From positions 41,974,001 to 42,038,000 of the forward strand of contig OZ231126.1 in the NCBI GenBank assembly GCA_965153355.1: a stretch of 64,000 nucleotides of DNA, read 5' to 3'. Shown in pieces: positions 11,988 to 26,493 of the stretch (position 1 is the first letter of the stretch; the number at the start of each line of letters is the position of its first letter). Made by a program: the position numbers and the translations under genes. The stretch is from Flaccisagitta enflata. Lineage: Eukaryota. Below the pieces are notes generated by a model. The model did no database searches. It was not told where the DNA came from and worked only from the letters and a program-made list of their open reading frames with translations.

Positions 11988-14900
11988 CTGCTGGATCCAT
12001 CCCCAACTTAGTAGTAGGTGTCTGCTGGGTGTCTGCTGGTACAATCCCCACATTAGTAGAAGGTGCCTGCTAGACATTTATAGAGTCAGTACAGCGCTAA
12101 GTACTAGGTGTCTGCTGGGTGTCTGCTGGATCCATCCCCAACATAGTAGTAGGTGTCTGCTGGGTGTCTGCTGGTCCAATCCCCACATTAGTAGAAGGTG
12201 CCTGCTAGACATTCATAGTCAGTACAACGTTAAGTATTTGGTGTCTGCTGGGTGTCTGCTTGATCCATCCCCAACTTAGCGGTAAGTGTCTGCTCGGTGT
12301 CTGCTGAGTCAATCCCCAACTTAGTAGAAGGTGCCTGCTAGACATTCATAGTCAGTACAACGTTAAGTATTTGGTGTCTGCTGGGTGTCTGCTGGATCCA
12401 TCCCCAACTTAGTAGTAGGTGTCTGCTGTGTGTCTGCTGGATCTATCCCCAACTTAGTAGTAGGTGTCTGCTGGGTGTCTGCTGGTCCAATCCCCACATT
12501 AGTAGAAGGTGCCTGCTAGACATTTATAGAGTCAGTACAGCGCTAAGTACTAGGTGTCTGCTGGGTGTCTGCTGGATCCATCCCCAACATAGTAGTAGGT
12601 GTCTGCTGGGTGTCTGCTGGTCCAATCCCCACATTAGTAGAAGGTGCCTGCTAGACATTCATAGTCAGTACAACGTTAAGTATTTGGTGTCTGCTGGGTG
12701 TCTGCTTGATCCATCCCCAACTTAGTAGTAGGTGTCTGCTGGGTGTCTGCTGGATCTATCCCCAACTTAGTAGTAGGTGTCTGCTGGGTGTCTGCTGGTC
12801 CAATCCCCACATTAGTAGAAGGTGCCTGCTAGACATTTATAGAGTCAGTACAGCGCTAAGTACTAGGTGTCTGCTGGGTGTCTGCTGGATCCATCCCCAA
12901 CATAGTAGTAGGTGTCTGCTGGGTGTCTGCTGGTCCAATCCCCACATTAGTAGAAGGTGCCTGCTAACCATTCATAGTCAGTACAACGTTAAGTATTTGG
13001 TGACTACTGGGTGTCTGCTGGACCCATCCCCAACTTAGCGGTAAGTGTCTGCTCGGTGTCTGCTGAGTCCATCCCCAACTTAGTAGAAGGTGCCTGCTAG
13101 ACATTCATAGTCAGTACAACGTTAAGTATTTGGTGTCTGCTGGGTGTCTGCTGGATCCATCCCCAACTTAGTAGTAGGTGTCTGCTGGGTGTCTGCTGGA
13201 TCCATCCCCAACTTAGTAGTAGGTGTCTGCTGGGTGTCTGCTGGTACAATCCCCACATTAGTAGAAGGTGCCTGCTAGACATTTATAGAGTCAGTACAGC
13301 GCTAAGTACTAGGTGTCTGCTGGGTGTCTGCTGGATCCATCCCCAACATAGTAGTAGGTGTCTGCTGGGTGTCTGCTGGTCCAATCCCCACATTAGTAGA
13401 AGGTGCCTGCTAGACATTCATAGTCAGTACAACGTTAAGTATTTGGTGTCTGCTGGGTGTCTGCTGGATCCATCCCCAACTTAGTAGTAGGTGTCTGCTG
13501 GGTGTCTGCTGGATCCATCCCCAACTTAGTAGTAGGTGTCTGCTGGGTGTCTGCTGGTCCAATCCCCACATTAGTAGAAGGTGCCTGCTAGACATTAATA
13601 GAGTCAGTACAGCGCTAAGTACTAGGTGTCTGCTGGGTGTCTGCTGGATCCATCCCCAACATAGTAGTAGGTGTCTGCTGGGTGTCTGCTGGTCCAATCC
13701 CCACATTAGTAGAAGGTGCCTGCTAGACATTCATAGTCAGTACAACGTTAAGTATTTGGTGTCTGCTGGGTGTCTGCTGGATCCATCCCCAACTTAGTAG
13801 TAGGTGTCTGCTGGGTGTCTGCTGGTACAATCCCCACATTAGTAGAAGGTGCCTGCTAGACATTTATAGAGTCAGTACAGCGCTAAGTACTAGGTGTCTG
13901 CTGGGTGTCTGCTGGATCCATCCCCAACATAGTAGTAGGTGTCTGCTGGGTGTCTGCTGGTCCAATCCCCACATTAGTAGAAGGTGCCTGCTAGACATTC
14001 ATAGTCAGTACAACGTTAAGTATTTGGTGTCTGCTGGGTGTCTGCTGGATCCATCCCCAACTTAGTAGTAGGTGTCTGCTGGGTGTCTGCTGGATCCATC
14101 CCCAACTTAGTAGTAGGTGTCTGCTGGGTGTCTGCTGGTCCAATCCCCACATTAGTAGAAGGTGCCTGCTAGACATTTATAGAGTCAGTACAGCGCTAAG
14201 TACTAGGTGTCTGCTGGGTGTCTGCTGGATCCATCCCCAACATAGTAGTAGGTGTCTGCTGGGTGTCTGCTGGTCCAATCCCCACATTAGTAGAAGGTGC
14301 CTGCTAGACATTCATAGTCAGTACAACGTTAAGTATTTGGTGTCTGCTGGGTGTCTGCTGGATCCATCCCCAACTTAGTAGTAGGTGTCTGCTGGGTGTC
14401 TGCTGGTCCAATCCCCACATTAGTAGAAGGTGCCTGCTAGACATTTATAGAGTCAGTACAGCGCTAAGTACTAGGTGTCTGCTGGGTGTCTGCTGGATCC
14501 ATCCCCAACATAGTAGTAGGTGTCTGCTGGGTGTCTGCTGGTCCAATCCCCACATTAGTAGAAGGTGCCTGCTAGACATTCATAGTCAGTACAACGTTAA
14601 GTATTTGGTGTCTGCTGGGTGTCTGCTGGATCCATCCCCAACTTAGTAGTAGGTGTCTGCTGGGTGTCTGCTGGATCCATCCCCAACTTAGTAGTAGGTG
14701 TCTGCTGGGTGTCTGCTGGTCCAATCCCCACATTAGTAGAAGGTGCCTGCTAGACATTTATAGAGTCAGTACAGCGCTAAGTACTAGGTGTCTGCTGGGT
14801 GTCTGCTGGATCCATCCCCAACATAGTAGTAGGTGTCTGCTGGGTGTCTGCTGGTCCAATCCCCACATTAGTAGAAGGTGCCTGCTAGACATTCATAGTC

Positions 14901-15100
14901 AGTACAACGTTAAGTATTTGGTGTCTGCTGGGTGTCTGCTGGATCCATCCCCAACTTAGTAGTAGGTGTCTGCTGGGTGTCTGCTGGATTCATCCCAATG
15001 GCTCTTATTTTTGGTGTCTGCTGAGGTGCCTGCTAGATCCATCCCCAAAAGAAGGAAAATTTTAGTGGAGGTGTCTGATGAGTCCAAGTGTCTGCTAGAT
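11988..15100. repeat. ~45-bp satellite with multi-level higher-order repeats
   Basis: Subunit tgctggatccatccccaacttagtagtaggtgtctgctgggtgtc and variants; marker gagtcagtacagcgc spaced 446,313,446,313,268,313,268,313 bp. Confidence 0.95.
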
Positions 15101-15285
15101 CACTATGGTAACAACCCTGGGCCCCATGCTCTCTTTTGTGCGTTCAATGCGGAACGTTATTATTTTCATGTTTTTTACACATTCGCAGATTTACTGGGAA
15201 AGTGGCCCCAATATCTTGATCGTCAATTTAGTACTTCCATTTTTAGTGTTTTGATTGAGAGACATTACACATATGGTGAAAATTG

Positions 15286-15480
15286 ATGGAAGAAAAATAT
15301 TTCGTTTGGGAGACTCATATGATGTTTTTAATGATAAAAAGAGAAATTTTCAAAGCATATGGACGCTTCATCTATAATTTGTAACAGCTGAAGATAAAGC
15401 GTTCATATGCTTTAAAAATTTCTGTTTTTTATCATTAAAAACATCCTGTGAGTCTCCCAAATGAAATGTTTTTCTACATC
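15286..15480. mobile_element. Palindromic MITE-like element
   Basis: tttgggagactca.a.gatgtttttaatgataaaaa...aaagcatatg pairs with catatgcttt...tttttatcattaaaaacatc..tgagtctcccaaa. Confidence 0.75.
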
Positions 15481-15593
15481 TTTAGTGTTTACCCAATCGA
15501 AATCGTGTCAAAATGAAATCCGTCAGGTTCGTACTGAACTATAGGTTTCGATGTGAACTCCGCAGTTTCCGGAGGAATGATTTTGCTAAGTCC

Positions 15594-15905
15594 GAGATTA
15601 TTTATTCACCGCGTCTCCTCCACATTGATGATTCTGTCCGTCTCCTCAAGAGACTGTCCAAACACTCTAAAACCAAGATTATTTGTTCACTATGTCTCTT
15701 CCACCTTTGATTGTTCTGTGTGTCTCCTTAAGAGACTGTCCAAACACTCTAAAACCAAGATTAATTGTTCACTATGTCTCTTCCACCGTTGATCATTCTG
15801 TCTGTCTCAAGAGACTCTCTGAATGTTTTAAGTATGAGATTATTTGTTCACTGCATCTCTTCCACCAGTGAATCATTCTGTCTGTCTCTCCAAGTCCAAG
15901 AGACT
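15594..15905. repeat. ~81-bp degenerate tandem repeat, 4 copies
   Basis: agattatttgttcac... at ~15595, 15677, 15758, 15837. Confidence 0.8.
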
Positions 15906-15909
15906 GTAC

Positions 15910-17460
<1,551 letters not shown>

Positions 17461-17461
17461 A

Positions 17462-20400
17462 TGAGACAATCAGAATGATGAAGTAGGGTCAGCTTTACAT
17501 GGAAATCAATAGGAGGAGACAGAGTAAAGGGGTTAGGTAGTGGACAAACATCCATGAGACAAACTATTTTCTCAGATTATAACAACCTATTTTGATTGTC
17601 TCTTTATATAGAAATTAAAGGAACCCTAACCCTAGTTATGCATTCTGATTGTCTCAATCTTTGTTACCCCCTCAAAAACTCAAAAAAATCAAGTAAGTTA
17701 GTAAGTAAGTAAGAAAGTAGGTAGGTAGGAGTAAGCTTAGTTTTAGTGGGGGTATCATGTTTTGAGACAATCAGAATTAAGAAGTAGGGTTAGCTTTACA
17801 TGGAAATCAATAGGAGGAGACAGAGTAAAGGGGTTAGGTAGTGGACAAACATCCATGAGACAAACTATTTTCTCAGATTATAACAACCTATTGTAATTGT
17901 CTCTTTGTATAGAAAATAAAGGAACCCTAACCCTAGTTATGCATTCTGATTGTCTCAATCTTTGTTACCCCCTCAAAAACTCAAAAAAATCAAGTAAGTT
18001 AGTAAGTAAGTAAGAAAGTAGGTAGGTAGGAGTAAGCTTAGTTTTAGTGGGGGTATCATGTTTTGAGACAATCAGAATTAAGAAGTAGGGTTAGCTTTGC
18101 ATAGAAATCAACAGGAGGAGACAGAGTAAAGGGGTTAGGTAGTGGACAAACATCCATGAGACAAACTATTTTCTCAGATTATAACAACCTATTGTAATTG
18201 TCTCTTTGTATAGAAAATAAAGGAACCCTAACCCTAGTTATGCATTCTGATTGTCTCAATCTTTGTTACCCCCTCAAAAACTCAAAAAAATCAAGTAAGT
18301 TAGTAAGTAAGTAAGAAAGTAGGTAGGTAGGAGTAAGCTTAGTTTTAGTGGGGGTATCATGTTTTGAGACAATCAGAATTAAGAAGTAGGGTTAGCTTTG
18401 CATAGAAATCAACAGAGGAGGAGACAGAGTAAAGGGTTAGGTAGTGGACAAACATCCATGAGACAAACTATTTTCAGAGATTATAACAACCTATTGTAAT
18501 TGTCTCTGTATAGAAAATAAAGGAACCCTAACTCCTAGTTATGCATTCTGATTGTCTCAATCTTTGTTACCCTCAAAAACTCAAAAAAATCAAGTAAGTT
18601 AGTAAGTAAGTAAGAAAGTAGGTAGGTAGGAGTAAGCTTAGTTTTAGTGGGGGTATCATGTTTTGAGACAATCAGAATTAAGAAGTAGGGTTAGCTTTGC
18701 ATAGAAATCAACAGGAGGAGACAGAGTAAAGGGGTTAGGTAGTGGACAAACATCCATGAGACAAACTATTTTCTCAGATTATAACAACCTATTGTAATTG
18801 TCTCTTTGTATAGAAAATAAAGGAACCCTAACCCTAGTTATGCATTCTGATTGTCTCAATCTTTGTTACCCCCTCAAAAACTCAAAAAAATCAAGTAAGT
18901 TAGTAAGTAAGTAAGAAAGTAGGTAGGTAGGAGTAAGCTTAGTTTTAGTGGGGGTATCATGTTTTGAGACAATCAGAATTAAGAAGTAGGGTTAGCTTTA
19001 CATGGAAATCAATAGGAGGAGACAGAGTAAAGGGGTTAGGTAGTGGACAAACATCCATGAGACAAACTATTTTCTCAGATTATAACAACCTATTGTAATT
19101 GTCTCTTTGTATAGAAAATAAAGGAACCCTAACCCTAGTTATGCATTCTGATTGTCTCAATCTTTGTTACCCCCTCAAAAACTCAAAAAAATCAAGTAAG
19201 TTAGTAAGTAAGTAAGAAAGTAGGTAGGTAGGAGTAAGCTTAGTTTTAGTGGGGGTATCATGTTTTGAGACAATCAGAATTAAGAAGTAGGGTTAGCTTT
19301 ACATGGAAATCAATAGGAGGAGACAGAGTAAAGGGGTTAGGTAGTGGACAAACATCCATGAGACAAACTATTTTCTCAGATTATAACAACCTATTGTAAT
19401 TGTCTCTTTGTATAGAAAATAAAGGAACCCTAACCCTAGTTATGCATTCTGATTGTCTCAATCTTTGTTACCCCCTCAAAAACTAAAAAAAATCAAGTAA
19501 GTTAGTAAGTAAGTAAGAAAGTAGGTAGGTAGGAGTAAGCTTAGTTTTAGTGGGGGTATCATGTTTTGAGACAATCAGAATTAAGAAGTAGGGTTAGCTT
19601 TACATGGAAATCAATAGGAGGAGACAGAGTAAAGGGGTTAGGTAGTGGACAAACATCCATGAGACAAACTATTTTCTCAGATTATAACAACCTATTGTAA
19701 TTGTCTCTTTGTATAGAAAATAAAGGAACCCTAACCCTAGTTATGCATTCTGATTGTCTCAATCTTTGTTACCCCCTCAAAAACTAAAAAAAATCAAGTA
19801 AGTTAGTAAGTAAGTAAGAAAGTAGGTAGGTAGGAGTAAGCTTAGTTTTAGTGGGGGTATCATGTTTTGAGACAATCAGAATTAAGAAGTAGGGTTAGCT
19901 TTACATGGAAATCAATAGGAGGAGACAGAGTAAAGGGGTTAGGTAGTGGACAAACATCCATGAGACAAACTATTTTCTCAGATTATAACAACCTATTTTA
20001 ATTGTCTCTTTGTATAGAAAATAAAGGAACCCTAACCCTAGTTATGCATTCTGATTGTCTCAATCTTTGTTACCCCCTCAAAAACTCAAAAAAATCAAGT
20101 AAGTTAGTAAGTAAGTAAGAAAGTAGGTAGGTAGGAGTAAGCTTAGTTTTAGTGGGGGTATCATGTTTTGAGACAATCAGAATTAAGAAGTAGGGTTAGC
20201 TTTACATGGAAATCAATAGGAGGAGACAGAGTAAAGGGGTTAGGTAGTGGACAAACATCCATGAGACAAACTATTTTCTCAGATTATAACAACCTATTGC
20301 AATTGTCTCTTTATATAGAAAATAAAGGAACCCTTACCCTAGTTAGTTACATTCACTCTGATTGTCTCAATCTTTGTTACCCCCTCGAAACTCAAAAAGA

Positions 20401-23400
20401 TCAAGTAAGTTAGGCAGTAAGTAAGAAAGTAGGTAGGTAAGAGTAAGCTTTGTTTTAGTGGGGTATCATGTTTTGAGACAATCAGAATTAAGAAGTAGGG
20501 TTAGCTTTATAGAAATCAACAGGAGGAGACAGAGTAAAGGGGTTAGGTAGTGGACAAACATCCATGAGACAAACTATTTTCTCAGATTATAACAACCTAT
20601 TGTAATTGTCTCTTTGTATAGAAAATAAAGGAACCCTAACCCTAGTTATGCATTCTGATTGTCTCAATCTTTGTTCCCTCAAAAACTCAAAAAGATCAAG
20701 TAAGTTAGTAAGTAAGAAAGTAGGTAGGAGTGTTTAGTTTATTAGGGGTATCATGTTTTGAGACAATCAGAATTAAGAAGTAGGGTTAGCTTTACATGGA
20801 AATCAACAGGAGGAGACAGAGTAAAGGGGTTAGGTAGTGGACAAACATCCATGAGACAAACTATTTTCTCAGATTATAACAACCTATTGTAATTGTCTCT
20901 TTGTATAGAAAATAAAGGAACCCTAACCCTAGTTATGCATTCTGATTGTCTCAATCTTTGTTACCCCCTCAAAAACTCAAAAAAATCAAGTAAGTTAGTA
21001 AGTAAGTAAGAAAGTAGGTAGGTAGGAGTAAGCTTAGTTTTAGTGGGGGTATCATGTTTTGAGACAATCAGAATTAAGAAGTAGGGTTAGCTTTACATGG
21101 AAATCAATAGGAGGAGACAGAGTAAAGGGGTTAGGTAGTGGACAAACATCCATGAGACAAACTATTTTCTCAGATTATAACAACCTATTGTAATTGTCTC
21201 TTTGTATAGAAAATAAAGGAACCCTAACCCTAGTTATGCATTCTGATTGTCTCAATCTTTGTTACCCCCTCAAAAACTAAAAAAAATCAAGTAAGTTAGT
21301 AAGTAAGTAAGAAAGTAGGTAGGTAGGAGTAAGCTTAGTTTTAGTGGGGGTATCATGTTTTGAGACAATCAGAATGAAGAAGTAGGGTTAGCTTTACATG
21401 GAAATCAATAGGAGGAGACAGAGTAAAGGGGTTAGGTAGTGGACAAACATCCATGAGACAAACTATTTTCTCAGATTATAACAACCTATTTTAATTGTCT
21501 CTTTGTATAGAAAATAAAGGAACCCTAACCCTAGTTATGCATTCTGATTGTCTCAATCTTTGTTACCCCCTCAAAAACTCAAAAAAATCAAGTAAGTTAG
21601 TAAGTAAGTAAGAAAGTAGGTAGGTAGGAGTAAGCTTAGTTTTAGTGGGGGTATCATGTTTTGAGACAATCAGAATTAAGAAGTAGGGTTAGCTTTACAT
21701 GGAAATCAATAGGAGGAGACAGAGTAAAGGGGTTAGGTAGTGGACAAACATCCATGAGACAAACTATTTTCTCAGATTATAACAACCTATTGTAATTGTC
21801 TCTTTGTATAGAAAATAAAGGAACCCTAACCCTAGTTATGCATTCTGATTGTCTCAATCTTTGTTACCCCCTCAAAAACTCAAAAAAATCAAGTAAGTTA
21901 GTAAGTAAGTAAGAAAGTAGGTAGGTAGGAGTAAGCTTAGTTTTAGTGGGGGTATCATGTTTTGAGACAATCAGAATTAAGAAGTAGGGTTAGCTTTACA
22001 TGGAAATCAATAGGAGGAGACAGAGTAAAGGGGTTAGGTAGTGGACAAACATCCATGAGACAAACTATTTTCTCCGATTATAACAACCTATTGTAATTGT
22101 CTCTTTGTGTAGAAAATAAAGGAACCCTAACCCTAGTTATGCATTCTGATTGTCTCAATCTTTGTTACCCCCTCAAAAACTCAAAAAAATCAAGTAAGTT
22201 AGTAAGTAAGTAAGAAAGTAGGTAGGTAGTGGACAAGCATCCATGAGACAAACTATTTTCCCAGATTATAACAACCTATTGTAATTGTCTCTTTGTATAG
22301 GAAATAAAGGAACCTCAATCTAGTTATGCATTCCCGATTGTCTCAATCATTTTACCCCCTCAAAACAAAAAATCAAGTGTTAGTAAGTAAGCAAGCAAAG
22401 TAGGTAGGTAGGAAGTTAGTTTAGTGGGGGTATCATGTTTTGAGACAATCAGAATTAAGAAGTAGGGTTAGCTTTGCATAGAAATCAACAGGAGGAGACA
22501 GAGTAAAGGGGTTAGGTAGTGGACAAACATCCATGAGACAAACTATTTTCTCAGATTATAACAACCTATTGTAATTGTCTCTTTGTATAGAAAATAAAGG
22601 AACCCTAACCCTAGTTATGCATTCTGATTGTCTCAATCTTTGTTACCCCCTCAAAAACTCAAAAAAATCAAGTAAGTTAGTAAGTAAGTAAGAAAGTAGG
22701 TAGGTAGGAGTAAGCTTAGTTTTAGTGGGGGTATCATGTTTTGAGACAATCAGAATTAAGAAGTAGGGTTAGCTTTGCATAGAAATCAACAGGAGGAGAC
22801 AGAGTAAAGGGGTTAGGTAGTGGACAAACATCCATGAGACAAACTATTTTCTCAGATTATAACAACCTATTTTAATTGTCTCTTTATATAGAAATTAAAG
22901 GAACCCTAACCCTAGTTATGCATTCTGATTGTCTCAATCTTTGTTACCCCCTCAAAAACTCAAAAAAATCAAGTTAGTAAGTAAGTAAGAAAGTAGGTAG
23001 GTAGTGGACAAGCATCCATGAGACAAACTATTTTCTCAGATTATAACAACCTATTGTAATTGTCTCTTTGTATAGGAAATAAAGGAACCCTAACCCTAGT
23101 TATGCATTCTGATTGTCTCAATCATTTTTACCCCCTCAAAAACTCAAAAAAATCAAGTAAGTTAGTAAGTAAGTAAGAAAGTAGGTAGGTAGGAGTAAGC
23201 TTAGTTTTAGTGGGGGTATCATGTTTTGAGACAATCAGAATTAAGAAGTAGGGTTAGCTTTACATGGAAATCAATAGGAGGAGACAGAGTAAAGGGGTTA
23301 GGTAGTGGACAAACATCCATGAGACAAACTATTTTCTCAGATTATAACAACCTATTTTAATTGTCTCTTCGTATAAAAAATAAAGGAACCCTAACCCTAG

Positions 23401-23700
23401 TTATGCATTCTGATTGTCTCAATCTTTGTTACCCCCTCAAAAACTCAAAAAAATCAAGTAAGTTAGTATGTAAGTAAGAAAGTAGGTAGGTAGGAGTAAG
23501 CTTAGTTTTAGTGGGGGTATCATGTTTTGAGACAATCAGAATAAAGAGGTAGGGTTAGCTTTATATGGAAATCAATAGGAGGAGACAGAGTAAAGGGGTT
23601 AGGTAGTGGACAAACATCCATGAGACAAACTATTTTCTCAGATTATAACAACCTATTTTTATTGTCTCTTTGTGTAGAAAGTAAAGGAACCCTAACCCTA
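17462..23700. repeat. 301-bp satellite, ~22 units (two internally deleted)
   Basis: gagacaatcagaat at 17463, 17764, 18065, 18366 ... 23228, 23529; units highly homogeneous. Confidence 0.97.
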
Positions 23701-23737
23701 TCTCTGTCTGTCTGTCTTTGTATGTCTGTTTGTCTGA

Positions 23738-23797
<60 letters not shown>

Positions 23798-23799
23798 CT

Positions 23800-24317
23800 C
23801 TTTTTTTGTGATTTGGACAGTCTCATGAGACAAGTGGAACTACTTAGTCTCACCATACCTGTTGTATCTCTGTATCTGTCTATCTCTCTCTTTTTTGTGA
23901 TTTGGACAGTCTCATGAGACAAGTGAAACTACTTAGTCTCACCATACCTGTTGTATCTCTGTCTATCTCTCTATCTCTCTCTTTTTTGTGATTTGGACAG
24001 TCTCATGAGACAAGTGGAACTACTTAGTCTCATCATACCTGTTGTATCTCTGTCTATCTGTTTAACTCTCTCTTTTTTGTGATTTGGACAGTCTCATGAG
24101 ACAAGTGGAACTACCTAGTCTCAACATACCTATTGTTTCTCTGTCTATCTGTCTATCTCTCTCTTTTTTGTGATTTGGACAGTCTCATGAGACAAGTGGA
24201 ACTACTTAGTCTCACCATACCTGTTGTATCTCTGTCTATCTCTCTATCTCTCTCTTTTTTGTGATTTGGACAGTCTCATGAGACAAGTGGAACTACTTAG
24301 TTTTACCATACCTGTTG

Positions 24318-24389
<72 letters not shown>

Positions 24390-25068
24390 TCTCACTTTAT
24401 GTCTCTGTCCGTCTCTATCTGTCTCCTTCTCTGTCTCTCTCTCCCTGTCTTAACTAAAATTTCACTAAACCAGCTTATCATCTGTTTTGTGATTTGGACA
24501 GTCTTGTGAGACAAGTGGAACTACTTAGTCTCATCATACAGTTGAACCCCGCTCTAACGGATTTCAGGGGACCAACAGATTTCTTCTGTTATAAGCGGAC
24601 TTCTGTTAATGCCAATAAAAGAAATAAAAGAAATTAACTTGAAGGGACCATGAACTTGTGTCTGTTATAGGCGGAATTCCGTTGGTGGCGGGTCCGTTCA
24701 GAGCGGGGTTCAACTGTACCTGTTGTATCTCTGTCTATCTGTTTAACTCTCTCTTTTTTGTGATTTGGACAGTCTCATGAGACAAGTGGAACTACCTAGT
24801 CTCAACATACCTGTTGTATCTCTGTCTATCTGTCTATCTCTCTCTTTTTTGTGATTTGGACAGTCTCATGAGACAAGTGGAACTACTTAGTCTCACCATA
24901 CCTGTTGTATCTCTGTCTATCTCTCTATCTCTCTCTTTTTTGTGATTTGGACAGTCTCATGAGACAAGTGGAACTACTTAGTCTCAGCATACCTGTTGTA
25001 TCTCTGTATCTGTCTATCTCTCTCTTTTTTGTGATTTGGACAGTCTCATGAGACAAGTGGAACTACTT

Positions 25069-25130
<62 letters not shown>

Positions 25131-25733
25131 TCTCACTTTATGTCTCTGTCCGTCTCTATCTGTCTCCTTCTCTGTCTCTCTCTCCCTGTCTTAACTAAAA
25201 TTTCACTAAACCAGCTTATCATCTGTTTTGTGATTTGGACAGTCTTGTGAGACTAGTGGAACTACTTAGTCTCATCATACATTTAAACCCCGCTCTAACG
25301 GATTTCAGGGGACCAACAGATTTCTTCTGTTATAGGCGGACTTCTGTTAATGCCAATAAAGGAAATAAAAGAAATTAACTTGAAGGGACCATGAATTTGT
25401 GTCTGTTATAGGCGGAATTCCGTTGGTGGCGGGTCCATTCAGAGCGGGGTTCAACTGTACCTGTTGTTTCTCTGTCTATCTGTTTAATTCTCTTTTGTAA
25501 TTTGGACAGTCTCATGCGACAAGTGGAACTACCTAGTCTCACCATACCTGTTGAATCTCTGTCTATCTGTCTATCTCTCTCTTTTTTATGATTTGGACAG
25601 TCTCATGAGACAAGTGGAACTACTTAGTCTCACCATACCTGTTGTATCTCTGTATCTGTCTATCTCTCTCTTTTTTGTGATTTGGACAGTCTCATGAGAC
25701 AAGTTGAACTACTTAGTTTTACCATACCTGTTG

Positions 25734-25794
<61 letters not shown>

Positions 25795-26493
25795 CACTTT
25801 ATGTCTTTGTCCGTCTCTATCCGTCTCCTTCTCTGTCTCTCGCTCCCTGTCTTAACTAAAATTTCACTAAACCAGCTTATCATCTGTTTTGTGATTTGGA
25901 CAGTCTCGTGAGACTAGTGGAACTACTTAGTCTCATCATACATTTAAACCCCGCTCTAACGGATTTCAGGGGACCAACAGATTTCTTCTGTTATAGGCGG
26001 ACTTCTGTTAATGCCAATAAAGGAAATAAAAGATATTAACTTGAAGGGACCATGAATTTGTGTCTGTTATAGGCGGAATTCCGTTGGTGGTGGGTCCATT
26101 CAGAGCGGGGTTCAACTGTACCTGTTGTTTCTCTGTCTATCTGTTTAACTCTCTCTTTTTAGTAATTTGGACAGTCTCATGCGATAAGTGGAACTACCCA
26201 GTCTCACCATACCTGTTGTATCTCTGTCTATCTGTCTATCTCTCTCTTTTTTATGATTTGGACAGTCTCATGGGACAGGTGGAACTACTTAGTCTCACCA
26301 TACCTGTTGTATCTCTGTATCTGTCTATCTCTCTCTTTTTTGTGTTTTGGACAGTCTCATGAGACAAGTGGAACTACTAAGTCTCATCATACCTGTTGTA
26401 TCTCTGTCTATCTGTCTATCTCTCTCTTTTTTGTGATTTGGACAGTCTCATGAGACAAGTGGAACTACTTAGTCTCATCATACCTGTTGTATC
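23800..26493. repeat. ~89-bp satellite (palindrome GTCTCATGAGAC) with ~660-740-bp higher-order units
   Basis: tgtgatttggacagtctcatgagacaagtggaactacttagtctcaccatacctgttgtatctctgtctatc... repeated; interrupted three times by the same CT tract, spacer and MITE. Confidence 0.95.
24539..24716. mobile_element. 178-bp TA-TSD MITE (pogo/Tigger-like); co-amplified copies at 25280-25457 and 25941-26118
   Basis: TA|CAGTTGAACCCCGCTCT ... AGAGCGGGGTTCAACTG|TA inserted at the monomer site catcaTAcctg. Confidence 0.92.

Noticed and set aside
11988-15100. CRISPR-like appearance and ORFs in the 45-bp array
   Set aside because: Intervening segments are themselves repeated rather than unique spacers, there are no cas genes, and the context is eukaryotic.
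17462-23700. Telomere or 5S/tRNA gene array
   Set aside because: At most about two TTAGGG-like units per site, and no recognisable RNA gene in the monomer.
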